A stretch of DNA of 63,932 nt from assembly GCA_052034235.1 (NCBI GenBank), contig JBPOIT010000010.1:1-63932 (forward strand), given 5' to 3'. The notes beneath the pieces were generated by a model. The model searched no databases and was not told the DNA's origin. It saw only the letters and a program-made list of their open reading frames with translations. Below, piece by piece: positions 1-7,909 of this stretch (position 1 is the first letter of the stretch; each line of letters starts with the position of its first letter). Position numbers and translations under genes: made by a program. This DNA comes from Candidatus Levyibacteriota bacterium (lineage in GTDB: Bacteria; Patescibacteriota; Microgenomatia; Levybacterales; UBA12049).

Positions 1-23
1 CTCGGCAAACGTGTCTTGATGTT

Positions 24-1184
24 TTGCATGTTGTCACCCAAGTCGCCACAGCCTCTACTTCCGCAACGATGACAAATAATGGAGCACAATCCCTTCACTG
101 GCAACAATCCGGAAGTCAAACAAAAGGAGGATCAATGACCCCATATACAGGTAGTGGCGTAAGTGGATTTACCCCCATGAGCTGGACGCTTAATGGTTTG
201 GGTGAGGGTACGTTTGGTTGGATTGGTTTGACAGTGCCTATTAATGCAGTGCCGTTAGTTCCTACTGGCACACCTACGCCTACGCCTACTTTGGCACCAC
301 CACCACCACCACCACCACTTGCTGGGGGAGATATTACTAATTTAAATTTCGGTATAGCGAATTTTTATCCATGGATACAAGGGACATGTGGCAATCTACG
401 ACTCGATAATGGTGTGAATAATCCTGTTCCCATTACTGCTGTTGGAGGACCATTAATGATGAAACAAACAGCAGCATGTACGTCACCAGGCCTGCTTCAC
501 GGAGGGACAGGGCCGGTCTCAGTCAGTAATGGTCAGATTTCTGCAACAAACTGGTTAGTAGGTGTGCCACTTTACCCAGAAGTTTATAGCTCCGCACCTC
601 TCTCAACGTCATATGCTCATTTAACTGCAAAAGCGCAAGCTGCAGGTATACCAGTGACCAATTTAGCAACGGTCTGCACTGTTGCTAATTGCTCATTACC
701 TGTGAATTTGCCTTCTGGGGTTTATCACTCACCAGGTGATGTTACCCTCCAAGGGATAAATGTTTTACCAAATAGAAGATATATTTTCTTAATCGGTGGC
801 GATTTACTGCTTCAGGGCAATACTACTATTCCACAGGGTGTTGGCTCTACAGCAACATTCGCATCAGGGAGAGATATACTCGTTGCAGCAACTGTTGGTG
901 TTGCTCCAGCTTCAGTGCAAGTTAATCTTGAAGGTTTCTATAGCGCCGGAAGGTCTTTTATTATCAATACAGCCGGGAATTGTAATGACCTTCGTCTCAA
1001 TATAGCTGGCTCAATAATAGCAAACGCTGCAAGAGGAGGAGGAGCGTTTCAAAATAATAGAGATACTTGTATCGCAGAATTACAATATCCGACCGTTTCA
1101 ATAAGTCAAAGACTTGATTTACTGCTTGTTGAGACGCCTCTTATTTCTGAACAAACCACCTTAACTCATGAAGTTGCGCCCTGA
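24..1184 (+). CDS. Hypothetical Pro/Thr-linker protein, function unknown (possible surface protein or 5'-truncated remnant)
   Basis: An in-frame TGA at 18-20 closes the frame upstream. Start candidates are TTG 24 and ATG 69. A PTGTPTPTPTLAPPPPPPP linker is followed by Gly/Asn/Thr-rich beta-type sequence. No N-terminal signal peptide is visible and no family was recognised. Confidence 0.4.
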   Translation: MHVVTQVATASTSATMTNNGAQSLHWQQSGSQTKGGSMTPYTGSGVSGFTPMSWTLNGLGEGTFGWIGLTVPINAVPLVPTGTPTPTPTLAPPPPPPPLAGGDITNLNFGIANFYPWIQGTCGNLRLDNGVNNPVPITAVGGPLMMKQTAACTSPGLLHGGTGPVSVSNGQISATNWLVGVPLYPEVYSSAPLSTSYAHLTAKAQAAGIPVTNLATVCTVANCSLPVNLPSGVYHSPGDVTLQGINVLPNRRYIFLIGGDLLLQGNTTIPQGVGSTATFASGRDILVAATVGVAPASVQVNLEGFYSAGRSFIINTAGNCNDLRLNIAGSIIANAARGGGAFQNNRDTCIAELQYPTVSISQRLDLLLVETPLISEQTTLTHEVAP

Positions 1185-1187
1185 GGG

Positions 1188-1216
1188 TTGAAGCAAGCTT
1201 CGTATTTTGGTATACT
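1188..1216 (+). promoter_or_regulatory. Candidate sigma70-type promoter of nusA (TTGAAG-17 nt-TATACT)
   Basis: TTGAAG at 1188-1193, a 17-nt spacer, and TATACT at 1211-1216, which ends 10 nt before ATG 1227. No Shine-Dalgarno lies between them. Confidence 0.45.
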
Positions 1217-1226
1217 AAGCTTTATT

Positions 1227-2327
1227 ATGCCGGCAATACAAAGAAGTGAATTCGCATTAGCCCTAAATCAAGTCGCCTCCGAGCGAGGTGTTGACGTTGC
1301 TGTTGTCTTGGACACAGTTAGAAACGCTATTCTTGCTGCATACAGAAAAGATCATGCAGGTATTGAAATTGAAGAATTTGAGGCGACCCTTAATCCAAAC
1401 ACTGGTGAAGCTCGTATTCTGCACAATAAAAAAGACGTTACTCCTCCTGGATTTGGCCGTATCGCAGCTCAAACTGCAAAGCAGGTAATTCTTCAAAAGA
1501 TTCGTGAGAAAGAAAAAGAAGCAATCTTTACCGACTATAAAGTAAAAGTTGGAACACTTATTTCTGGTATGGTGCTCCGTTTTGCAGGACCAAATGTGAT
1601 TGTTGATATCGGCAAGGCAGAGGCAATTATGCCTGTCTCAGAGCAAATCCAAAACGAAAAATATCACCTTAATCAACGATTGTCGTTTTATCTTGTTGAG
1701 ATTCGTCAGGGATCAAAAGGAGAAGAAATTATTGTCTCCAGAGCGCATACCGGTTTTATTGAGGGACTTTTCAAAAGAGAAGTACCTGAGGTTGCACAAG
1801 GAAGTGTTCAAATTAAAGAAGTTGTCAGAGAGCCTGGTAACAGATCAAAGGTTGCAGTTTTTTCAGATCAATCAGGTATAGATCCAGTTGGCTCATGTGT
1901 CGGACAAAAAGGAGTGAGAGTACAGGCTATCATTCAGGAACTTGGTGGTATTGAAAAAATTGATATTATTCAATGGTCTGATGATATCAAACAATATATT
2001 GCGCAAGCACTCTCACCAGCAAAGAACGTCCGTGTAGAAATTGACGAAGCTGAAAAGGTTGCACATGTCTTTGTACCAAAAGATGAACTTTCACTTGCTA
2101 TTGGCAAAGATGGTCAGAATGTTCGCTTGGCATACAAGCTTACGAAATACAGAATTGAAATTGAGGGCAATGAAGAAGCTGAAGCAGTCGTAGAAAAAGA
2201 AGCTGCCGTTCCTGCTGATGAAACCCAGGTTGAGACGAAAGATGAAGTAACAGAAGAAGCTGCAACAGAAACAGCAGCTGCAGAAGAATCGAAAACGGAG
2301 GAAACAGATGAACCTGTTAAGAAATAA
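1227..2327 (+). CDS. nusA: Transcription termination/antitermination factor NusA
   Basis: NusA N-domain (SEFALALNQVASERGVD..AYRK), S1 domain (GTLISGMVLRF..VDIGKAEAIMP) and two KH motifs (GIDPVGSCVGQKGVRVQAI; LSLAIGKDGQNVRLA). The start was moved from ORF-track TTG 1188 to ATG 1227 because TTG 1188 is the -35-like box. The C-terminal tail is acidic. Confidence 0.9.
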   Translation: MPAIQRSEFALALNQVASERGVDVAVVLDTVRNAILAAYRKDHAGIEIEEFEATLNPNTGEARILHNKKDVTPPGFGRIAAQTAKQVILQKIREKEKEAIFTDYKVKVGTLISGMVLRFAGPNVIVDIGKAEAIMPVSEQIQNEKYHLNQRLSFYLVEIRQGSKGEEIIVSRAHTGFIEGLFKREVPEVAQGSVQIKEVVREPGNRSKVAVFSDQSGIDPVGSCVGQKGVRVQAIIQELGGIEKIDIIQWSDDIKQYIAQALSPAKNVRVEIDEAEKVAHVFVPKDELSLAIGKDGQNVRLAYKLTKYRIEIEGNEEAEAVVEKEAAVPADETQVETKDEVTEEAATETAAAEESKTEETDEPVKK

Positions 2328-2426
2328 TTGGATAGTTTGAGATGATATGAGAAACGTGATCATTGTTACACAATAAATCATTACTACCACCTCAAAGCCT
2401 AGCCGCTATTTCTCCTAGTAAAAGTT

Positions 2427-3908
2427 ATGTCAAAAAAAGATTCACAAACACAGCAAACAACCTCAAGTGATTACCCGCCAGTTGTTGCGGTACTTGGTCA
2501 TGTTGATCACGGGAAAACAACACTCCTTGATGCAATTCGAAAAAGTTCAATTGCTGATCGTGAAAAAGGGGGCATTACCCAAAAGATTGGTGCTTCAGCA
2601 ATTGAAATTAATCACGAAGGCGAAAAACGCTGGATAACATTTATTGATACTCCAGGACATGAAGCGTTTACCCAAATGCGAGGTCGAGGTGTGCAAGCTG
2701 CAGATATTGTTTTATTGATTGTTGCGGCAAGTGAAGGAGTTAAACCTCAAACAAAAGAAAGTATTCAGGCAATTCTAGAGTCAAAAACGCCGTTCATTGT
2801 TGTGCTTACCAAGGCTGATCTACCCACAAAAAATTCAGAGAAAGTAAAACAGGAACTTCTTAAGGAGCAAATTCAACTGGAAGGATATGGTGGCGATACG
2901 CCTGTTATTGAAGTCTCAGCAAAAACAAATCTTAACATTAAGGAATTACTCGATTTGATTGTTCTTATGTTTGATATGCATAAAACTCCTGAATATGCTG
3001 AAACGACTTCACTTACTGCGCCATTATCAGCAATTGTTATTGAATCAAAACTTGATAATCGTGCTGGACCAAAAGCAACGGTCATTGTCAAAAATGGCAG
3101 TATGAACGTTCGTGAAGAAGTTCAGATTGACGGGCAGATTTTTAAGATTCGCACACTCCTGAGTACGCTTGGAAAACCTGTGCAGACAGTAGGAGTAGGA
3201 GAGGCTGTTGAAATTTTAGGTTTTATGAACGTGCCGAGAGTCGGTGCCTTAATCACAGATAAAAAACATGCAGAGACATCAACACCAGAAGAAGCAACAA
3301 AGGTGCTGAAAAAAGAATTGACATATCGTCGGGATGAAGTACACAAAGGTATCTCAGTCGTGCTTGTTGCTGATACGCAAGGTTCGCTTGAGGCAATTAT
3401 CAATGCATTTCCTGAAGGAATAAAAATAGTACAGCAGAAAACGGGTGAAGTGAGTGAGGCTGATGTCTTGTTAGCAAAATCGACAGGGAGTATCCTTTTA
3501 AGTTTTAATACAAAAGTCAGACCGGATCTTTATAACTTTGCTTTTATTGAGAAAGTGCTGCTTCGCAATTACGAAATTATTTACGAGATGCTTGACGAAG
3601 TGAAAGATGCACTTGAAGGAAAACTGCAGTCACAAATGGAACAAGTTTATGGTACCGCAAAAGTACTCGCAAAGTTTCCTTTTGAAAAAACATTTGCTTT
3701 TGGTATCTCCGTACTTGAAGGCAGAATCGCCAGAGGTGATCATTTGCGTATCATGCGAGGTGAGGAAATCATCGGTGAAATAACAATGACATCTCTTCGT
3801 GTCGGTAAAAATTCTACTTCAAAAGTTGAAAAAGGAAACGAGGCTGGATTTGTACCAAGCCAAGAACTTGACATCCAGGTAGGAGATATGATAATATCCC
3901 ATAGTTAG
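2427..3908 (+). CDS. infB: Translation initiation factor IF-2, short form starting at the G domain
   Basis: [19 protein letters not shown] (G1), DTPGHEAF (G3) and LTKAD (G4-like), plus an IF-2 C-terminal beta-barrel. The gene follows nusA as in most bacteria. At 493 aa it has only about 15 residues before the G domain. Confidence 0.9.
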   Translation: MSKKDSQTQQTTSSDYPPVVAVLGHVDHGKTTLLDAIRKSSIADREKGGITQKIGASAIEINHEGEKRWITFIDTPGHEAFTQMRGRGVQAADIVLLIVAASEGVKPQTKESIQAILESKTPFIVVLTKADLPTKNSEKVKQELLKEQIQLEGYGGDTPVIEVSAKTNLNIKELLDLIVLMFDMHKTPEYAETTSLTAPLSAIVIESKLDNRAGPKATVIVKNGSMNVREEVQIDGQIFKIRTLLSTLGKPVQTVGVGEAVEILGFMNVPRVGALITDKKHAETSTPEEATKVLKKELTYRRDEVHKGISVVLVADTQGSLEAIINAFPEGIKIVQQKTGEVSEADVLLAKSTGSILLSFNTKVRPDLYNFAFIEKVLLRNYEIIYEMLDEVKDALEGKLQSQMEQVYGTAKVLAKFPFEKTFAFGISVLEGRIARGDHLRIMRGEEIIGEITMTSLRVGKNSTSKVEKGNEAGFVPSQELDIQVGDMIISHS

Positions 3909-3914
3909 TTCATT

Positions 3915-5060
3915 GTGGCCGAAATTGAGGCCAGAAGGATTAAAAATATGGATAATCAAACACTGCAACAGCTTAAAGACGCTATTACAAAAAGCAACAG
4001 CATTGCTGTCGCTGTAGGCGCAAATCCCTCATTGGATACCATGGCAGCTGCACTTGGTCTTTCTATGCTTCTCAAAGAAGCAAATAAGACCGCAATCGTT
4101 GCTTCACCAACTGATCCCATTGTTGAAATCTCAAATTTAGTAGGTATTAATAAAGTACAAAAAACCCTTGGTGGCGGGAGTGGCACTGGCGGAGATCTCG
4201 TTGTGGCTTTCCCATATCTTGAAGGTGAAATTGAAAAAGTTTCCTATACGCTTGAAAATGGCTTTTTAAATATTATCGTTAAAGCTGCTGAACAGGGTTT
4301 ATCATTTGATGAAAAAGATGTTCAGTATACACGCGGCGGTAGTGGCGGTGGCCCTGTTGAACTACTTTTTGTTGTTGGAGCACAAAATCTTTCAGACCTT
4401 GGTACGCTTTATGACGCACAAACAATGCAAGAGACCAAGATTGTTAATATTGATAATAGTGACAGAAATCAGGGATTTGGTGATATTCTTATTGTTTCAC
4501 CTGAGGCATCGTCTGTTAGTGAACTTATCGGTGATATCGCGTTATCACTTGGATTTAAGGTTGAGCGTGATGCTGCACAAAATCTTATGAGTGGATTAAG
4601 TATGGCAACCCAGAATTTCCAAAATCCTCGTACATCATCTCTTGCGTTTGAAGTAGCTTCATATCTTATGAAGCGTGGTGCTGCACGACTCGCACCTCGT
4701 CCACAACCACAAGAGGATTTTGCATCACAATTCTTAAATCGTCCAGCACCACAACCGAAGCCACAGGTTGTTCAACAACCGCAAATACAACAGCCACAAG
4801 TTGCTCAACAACCGCAAGTGCAGCAAAGACCACAGGCTATGCCACAACCAAGACCGCAAGCACAACCTGCGCCTGTTGCCGCACCAAGTGCACAACAAGC
4901 ACCTGTTGATAGACAAGAACTACTGCGTCAACAGCTCAAAGAAGAAGAAAATTTGAGAAATGGTAGTGCTCAACAGCCACAACAAGTTGCACAAGAAGAT
5001 GAAGCAGCACCAGTAGATTGGTTAACACCAAAAGTTTACAAAGGTTCTTCAAATTTCTAA
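3915..5060 (+). CDS. DHH/NrnA-like protein with degenerate catalytic motifs and a Pro/Gln-rich C-terminal tail
   Basis: The layout is collinear with NrnA-type DHH phosphoesterases and the gene sits at the usual post-infB position. The motif positions read AVGANPSLDTMAA, VVGAQN, IDNSD and MATQNF instead of H.H..PD.D..GS, D.., DHH and GDTG.F. The start is GTG 3915, or alternatively ATG 3948 preceded by AAGGA. Confidence 0.5.
   Translation: MAEIEARRIKNMDNQTLQQLKDAITKSNSIAVAVGANPSLDTMAAALGLSMLLKEANKTAIVASPTDPIVEISNLVGINKVQKTLGGGSGTGGDLVVAFPYLEGEIEKVSYTLENGFLNIIVKAAEQGLSFDEKDVQYTRGGSGGGPVELLFVVGAQNLSDLGTLYDAQTMQETKIVNIDNSDRNQGFGDILIVSPEASSVSELIGDIALSLGFKVERDAAQNLMSGLSMATQNFQNPRTSSLAFEVASYLMKRGAARLAPRPQPQEDFASQFLNRPAPQPKPQVVQQPQIQQPQVAQQPQVQQRPQAMPQPRPQAQPAPVAAPSAQQAPVDRQELLRQQLKEEENLRNGSAQQPQQVAQEDEAAPVDWLTPKVYKGSSNF
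4767..4835 (+). repeat. Imperfect tandem duplication (about 33 nt x 2) inside the PQ-rich tail
   Basis: GTTGTTCAACAACCGCAAATACAACAGCCACAA is followed directly by GTTGCTCAACAACCGCAAGTGCAGCAAAGACCACAG. The first 18 nt match at 17/18. The repeat encodes VVQQPQIQQPQ/VAQQPQVQQRPQ. Confidence 0.7.
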
Positions 5061-5072
5061 AGCATCTAACAC

Positions 5073-5101
5073 TTGTTCTTACAAACTTAAAATGCTATAA
5101 T
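5073..5101 (+). promoter_or_regulatory. Candidate promoter of rpsO (TTGTTC-17 nt-TGcTATAAT)
   Basis: TTGTTC at 5073-5078, TG at 5093-5094 and TATAAT at 5096-5101. ATG 5112 lies 10 nt downstream with no SD. Confidence 0.5.
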
Positions 5102-5111
5102 ACATTCTGTT

Positions 5112-5381
5112 ATGCCACTTAGTACAACTCAAAAACAGGAAATTATTACTGAATTTCAGACAGCAAAAGGTGATACCGGCAGTCCTGAAGTGCAGATTGC
5201 ACTTTTGACAAAACGTATTACACGTCTTGCTGAACATTTGAAGGGACACGGACATGACGTTCATAGTCGCCGTGGATTACTTTCAATGATTGCTAAGAGA
5301 CGCCGTCTTATAAACTTCTTAAAAAAAGTTGACGAAAAAAGAGTTGCCGAAATTCTAAAAAAGATCGGCATGAAGGATTAA
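5112..5381 (+). CDS. rpsO: 30S ribosomal protein S15
   Basis: An 89-aa protein with GDTGSPEVQIALLTKRI..L..HLK.H..D.HSRRGLL..I..RR.L, the classic S15 sequence. It lies upstream of pnp as in most bacteria. Confidence 0.95.
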   Translation: MPLSTTQKQEIITEFQTAKGDTGSPEVQIALLTKRITRLAEHLKGHGHDVHSRRGLLSMIAKRRRLINFLKKVDEKRVAEILKKIGMKD

Positions 5382-5423
5382 TTGTTTTTTTGCCTCGTTC
5401 GAAATGCTTCGCATAGAGAATGT

Positions 5424-5454
5424 TTGACAATATTACCAAATAATTTGCTACAAT
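5424..5454 (+). promoter_or_regulatory. Candidate promoter of pnp (TTGACA-19 nt-TACAAT with upstream TG)
   Basis: TTGACA at 5424-5429, TG at 5446-5447 and TACAAT at 5449-5454. A roughly 24-nt leader contains AAAGGA before ATG 5479. The spacer is long at 19 nt. Confidence 0.4.
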
Positions 5455-5478
5455 AGACGAAAGGATATATATAAATAA

Positions 5479-7830
5479 ATGACAAAAACTTCTGTTCCTG
5501 TAGAATTTGCAGGAAAAACTATGACCTTTGAAACAGGTCAACTTGCCCCACAAGCTACAGCAGCTATATTAGCGCGTCTCGGTGATACCGTTGTGCTCGC
5601 AACTGTTGTTGGTGGTAAAGACCGCACTGACATTGATTATTTCCCACTGAGTGTTGAATATGGTGAAAGACTTTACTCAGGTGGAAAGATTAAAGGCAGT
5701 CGTTGGGTAAAAAGAGAAGGTCGTCCATCAGATGAGGCTGTTCTTGCAGGACGTCTTATTGATCGCTCAATCCGCCCACTTTTCCCTAAAGCATTTAAAG
5801 CTGAAGTCCAAGTTATGGTAACTGTTTTGTCAGTTGATGCAGAACATGCACCAGATATTCTTGCTCTTAATGCAGTTTCAGCAGCACTCGCGATTTCTAA
5901 TATTCCATGGAATGGTCCAGTTGCCGCAATCCGAATGGGATATGTTGAAAAATCAGAAGAAGGCCAAGCAGCACTTCTTGCTAATCCAACAACAACAGAA
6001 GCAGAACATTCAATTCTTGATGTTGTCGTCTCACAAAACACCGATAAGACAGTCATGATTGAATCCGGAGCTTTTCAAGTGAGTGAAGATGTCATGGAAG
6101 CAGCAATTGTTGAGGCTCACACAGAAACAAGAAAAGTAATTGCCGCAATTGAAGATCTCGTTAAGAAAGTCGGACAGAAAAAACTCCCCGTTCCACAAGA
6201 CGCATCATACACAGAAGCCATCAATATATTTGAAAAATCATATAAAGAAGAATTGAAAGCACTCATTTCACTCCGTGCAGGTAAAGAAGGCGGCGGTTCA
6301 GAAATGGATGATTTGGTTGCAAAGATCTATGACGAGCTCAAGATGAAAGATCCTGAGACAGATATGGATAAAAAGACGCTTATGAAGGGGCTTGAATCAG
6401 TTATGTTTAAGATGATCAGAACTGATGTTGTTAAAAATAAGAAACGCGCAGATGGTCGAAAAGTTGATGAAATCCGAGAAATCAATGTTGAAGCAAGTAT
6501 TTTACCAAGAACTCATGGGTCAGCACTTTTTGAAAGAGGTTTGACGCAAGCGCTTAGTATTGTCACTCTTGGTTCACCAAGACTTGAACAATTGATTGAA
6601 TCTGCAGAAGGTGAAGAATCAAAGAGATACATGCATCATTATTCAGGACCACCATTCTCCTTCGGTCAAGCAGGTCGTGCAGGATTCCTTTCACGACGTG
6701 AAATCGGACACGGTGCACTTGCAGAACGTGCTCTTAAAGCAGTTATCCCTTCACAAGAAGTATTCCCATACACCATTCGTGTTGTGTCAGAAGTACTTTC
6801 ACAAAATGGTTCAAGCTCTATGGCATCAACATGTGGTTCAACACTTGCTCTTATGGATGCCGGTGTCCCAATCACAGCTCCAGTTGCTGGTATTTCAGTT
6901 GGCATGATGTCTGATGAAAAAGATTATGTTCTTTTGACAGATATTATCGGTCTTGAAGATTTCTCAGGAGATATGGACTTCAAAGTTGCAGGAACTTCAA
7001 AAGGTATTACAGCAATTCAACTTGATGTGAAGATCCCTGGACTTACCGATGAGCAAGTGAAAGAAATTTTGGCTCGTGCACGCACAGCGAGAATGCAGAT
7101 TCTTGAAAAGATGACCTCAGTCATCGCAGAGCCTCGAGCAGCACTTTCAGAATATGCACCGAAGATTGAACAGATTCAGATCCCAGTTGATAAGATTGGT
7201 GAAGTTATTGGACCCGGAGGAAAGAATATTAAAGCTATCATTGCGCAAACAGGCGCAGATGTTGATATCGACGACAATGGTACCGTCAGTATTACTGCAG
7301 TTTCAATGGATTCACTAAAGAGTGCTGTTGACTGGATCAGCGGTATGACACGAGATGTTGCAGTTGGTGAAGTTTTTGAAGGAAAAGTAAAACGCATGTT
7401 GCCGTTTGGCGCATTCGTTGAATATCTCCCAGGTCGTGAAGGTATGGTGCATGTTTCAAAAATGAAACAGGGTGTCTTTGTGAAAGATCCTTCAGAAGTT
7501 GTAGCAGTTGGAGATACTGTAAAAATAAAGATTGACGAACGTGATTCACAAGGTCGAATTAATTTGACCATGATTCTTGATGGCAATACGAATGATCAAC
7601 CTCGTCAACCACGTGAAGAGCGTGCACCATATCAAGGTGGAGATGATAGAGGAGCAGCTAGCCGTCCTCCGTTTGAAAAGCGTTTTGAGAGAACTGATAG
7701 AACACCTGAACGCACTGATCGCCCTGACAGATCAGATCACCCACTCTCAAGACAATTGAGACGCCAAAATGAAGAAAAACGCGTAGGCGGTCCACGAAAA
7801 TTCGGCCCCAAGAAACGATTTACGAGATAA
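5479..7830 (+). CDS. pnp: Polyribonucleotide nucleotidyltransferase (PNPase) with Arg-rich C-terminal extension
   Basis: Two RNase PH domains (RPLFP.., GSALFERG, SNGSSSMA..CG..LALMDAGVP), a KH domain (IGEVIGPGGKNIKAI) and an S1 domain (VGEVFEGKVKRMLPFGAFVE). An extra tail of about 85 aa follows S1. Confidence 0.95.
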   Translation: MTKTSVPVEFAGKTMTFETGQLAPQATAAILARLGDTVVLATVVGGKDRTDIDYFPLSVEYGERLYSGGKIKGSRWVKREGRPSDEAVLAGRLIDRSIRPLFPKAFKAEVQVMVTVLSVDAEHAPDILALNAVSAALAISNIPWNGPVAAIRMGYVEKSEEGQAALLANPTTTEAEHSILDVVVSQNTDKTVMIESGAFQVSEDVMEAAIVEAHTETRKVIAAIEDLVKKVGQKKLPVPQDASYTEAINIFEKSYKEELKALISLRAGKEGGGSEMDDLVAKIYDELKMKDPETDMDKKTLMKGLESVMFKMIRTDVVKNKKRADGRKVDEIREINVEASILPRTHGSALFERGLTQALSIVTLGSPRLEQLIESAEGEESKRYMHHYSGPPFSFGQAGRAGFLSRREIGHGALAERALKAVIPSQEVFPYTIRVVSEVLSQNGSSSMASTCGSTLALMDAGVPITAPVAGISVGMMSDEKDYVLLTDIIGLEDFSGDMDFKVAGTSKGITAIQLDVKIPGLTDEQVKEILARARTARMQILEKMTSVIAEPRAALSEYAPKIEQIQIPVDKIGEVIGPGGKNIKAIIAQTGADVDIDDNGTVSITAVSMDSLKSAVDWISGMTRDVAVGEVFEGKVKRMLPFGAFVEYLPGREGMVHVSKMKQGVFVKDPSEVVAVGDTVKIKIDERDSQGRINLTMILDGNTNDQPRQPREERAPYQGGDDRGAASRPPFEKRFERTDRTPERTDRPDRSDHPLSRQLRRQNEEKRVGGPRKFGPKKRFTR

Positions 7831-7909
7831 ATAAAGTTTCCTCGTGAGTTAAAACAGTTCTCCAATTATTGTTCTCAAAGAAACTCATGGTATATACTAG
7901 TAGGTATCT

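Noticed and set aside
18-20. The possibility that TGA is read as Gly (code 25, as in Gracilibacteria/Absconditabacteria), which would extend ORF1 upstream.
   Set aside because: TGA terminates conserved genes at their expected ends, such as lepA at 42352-42354 and ORF1 at 1182-1184. No conserved gene shows an in-frame TGA.
5390-5420. A tRNA-like T-loop word (GTTCGAA) in the rpsO-pnp spacer.
   Set aside because: The flanking bases cannot form a T-stem or any cloverleaf, and the spacer is only 97 nt and otherwise promoter-like. I recognised no tRNA, rRNA, tmRNA or RNase P-like sequence in any intergenic region. All such regions are 190 nt or shorter.
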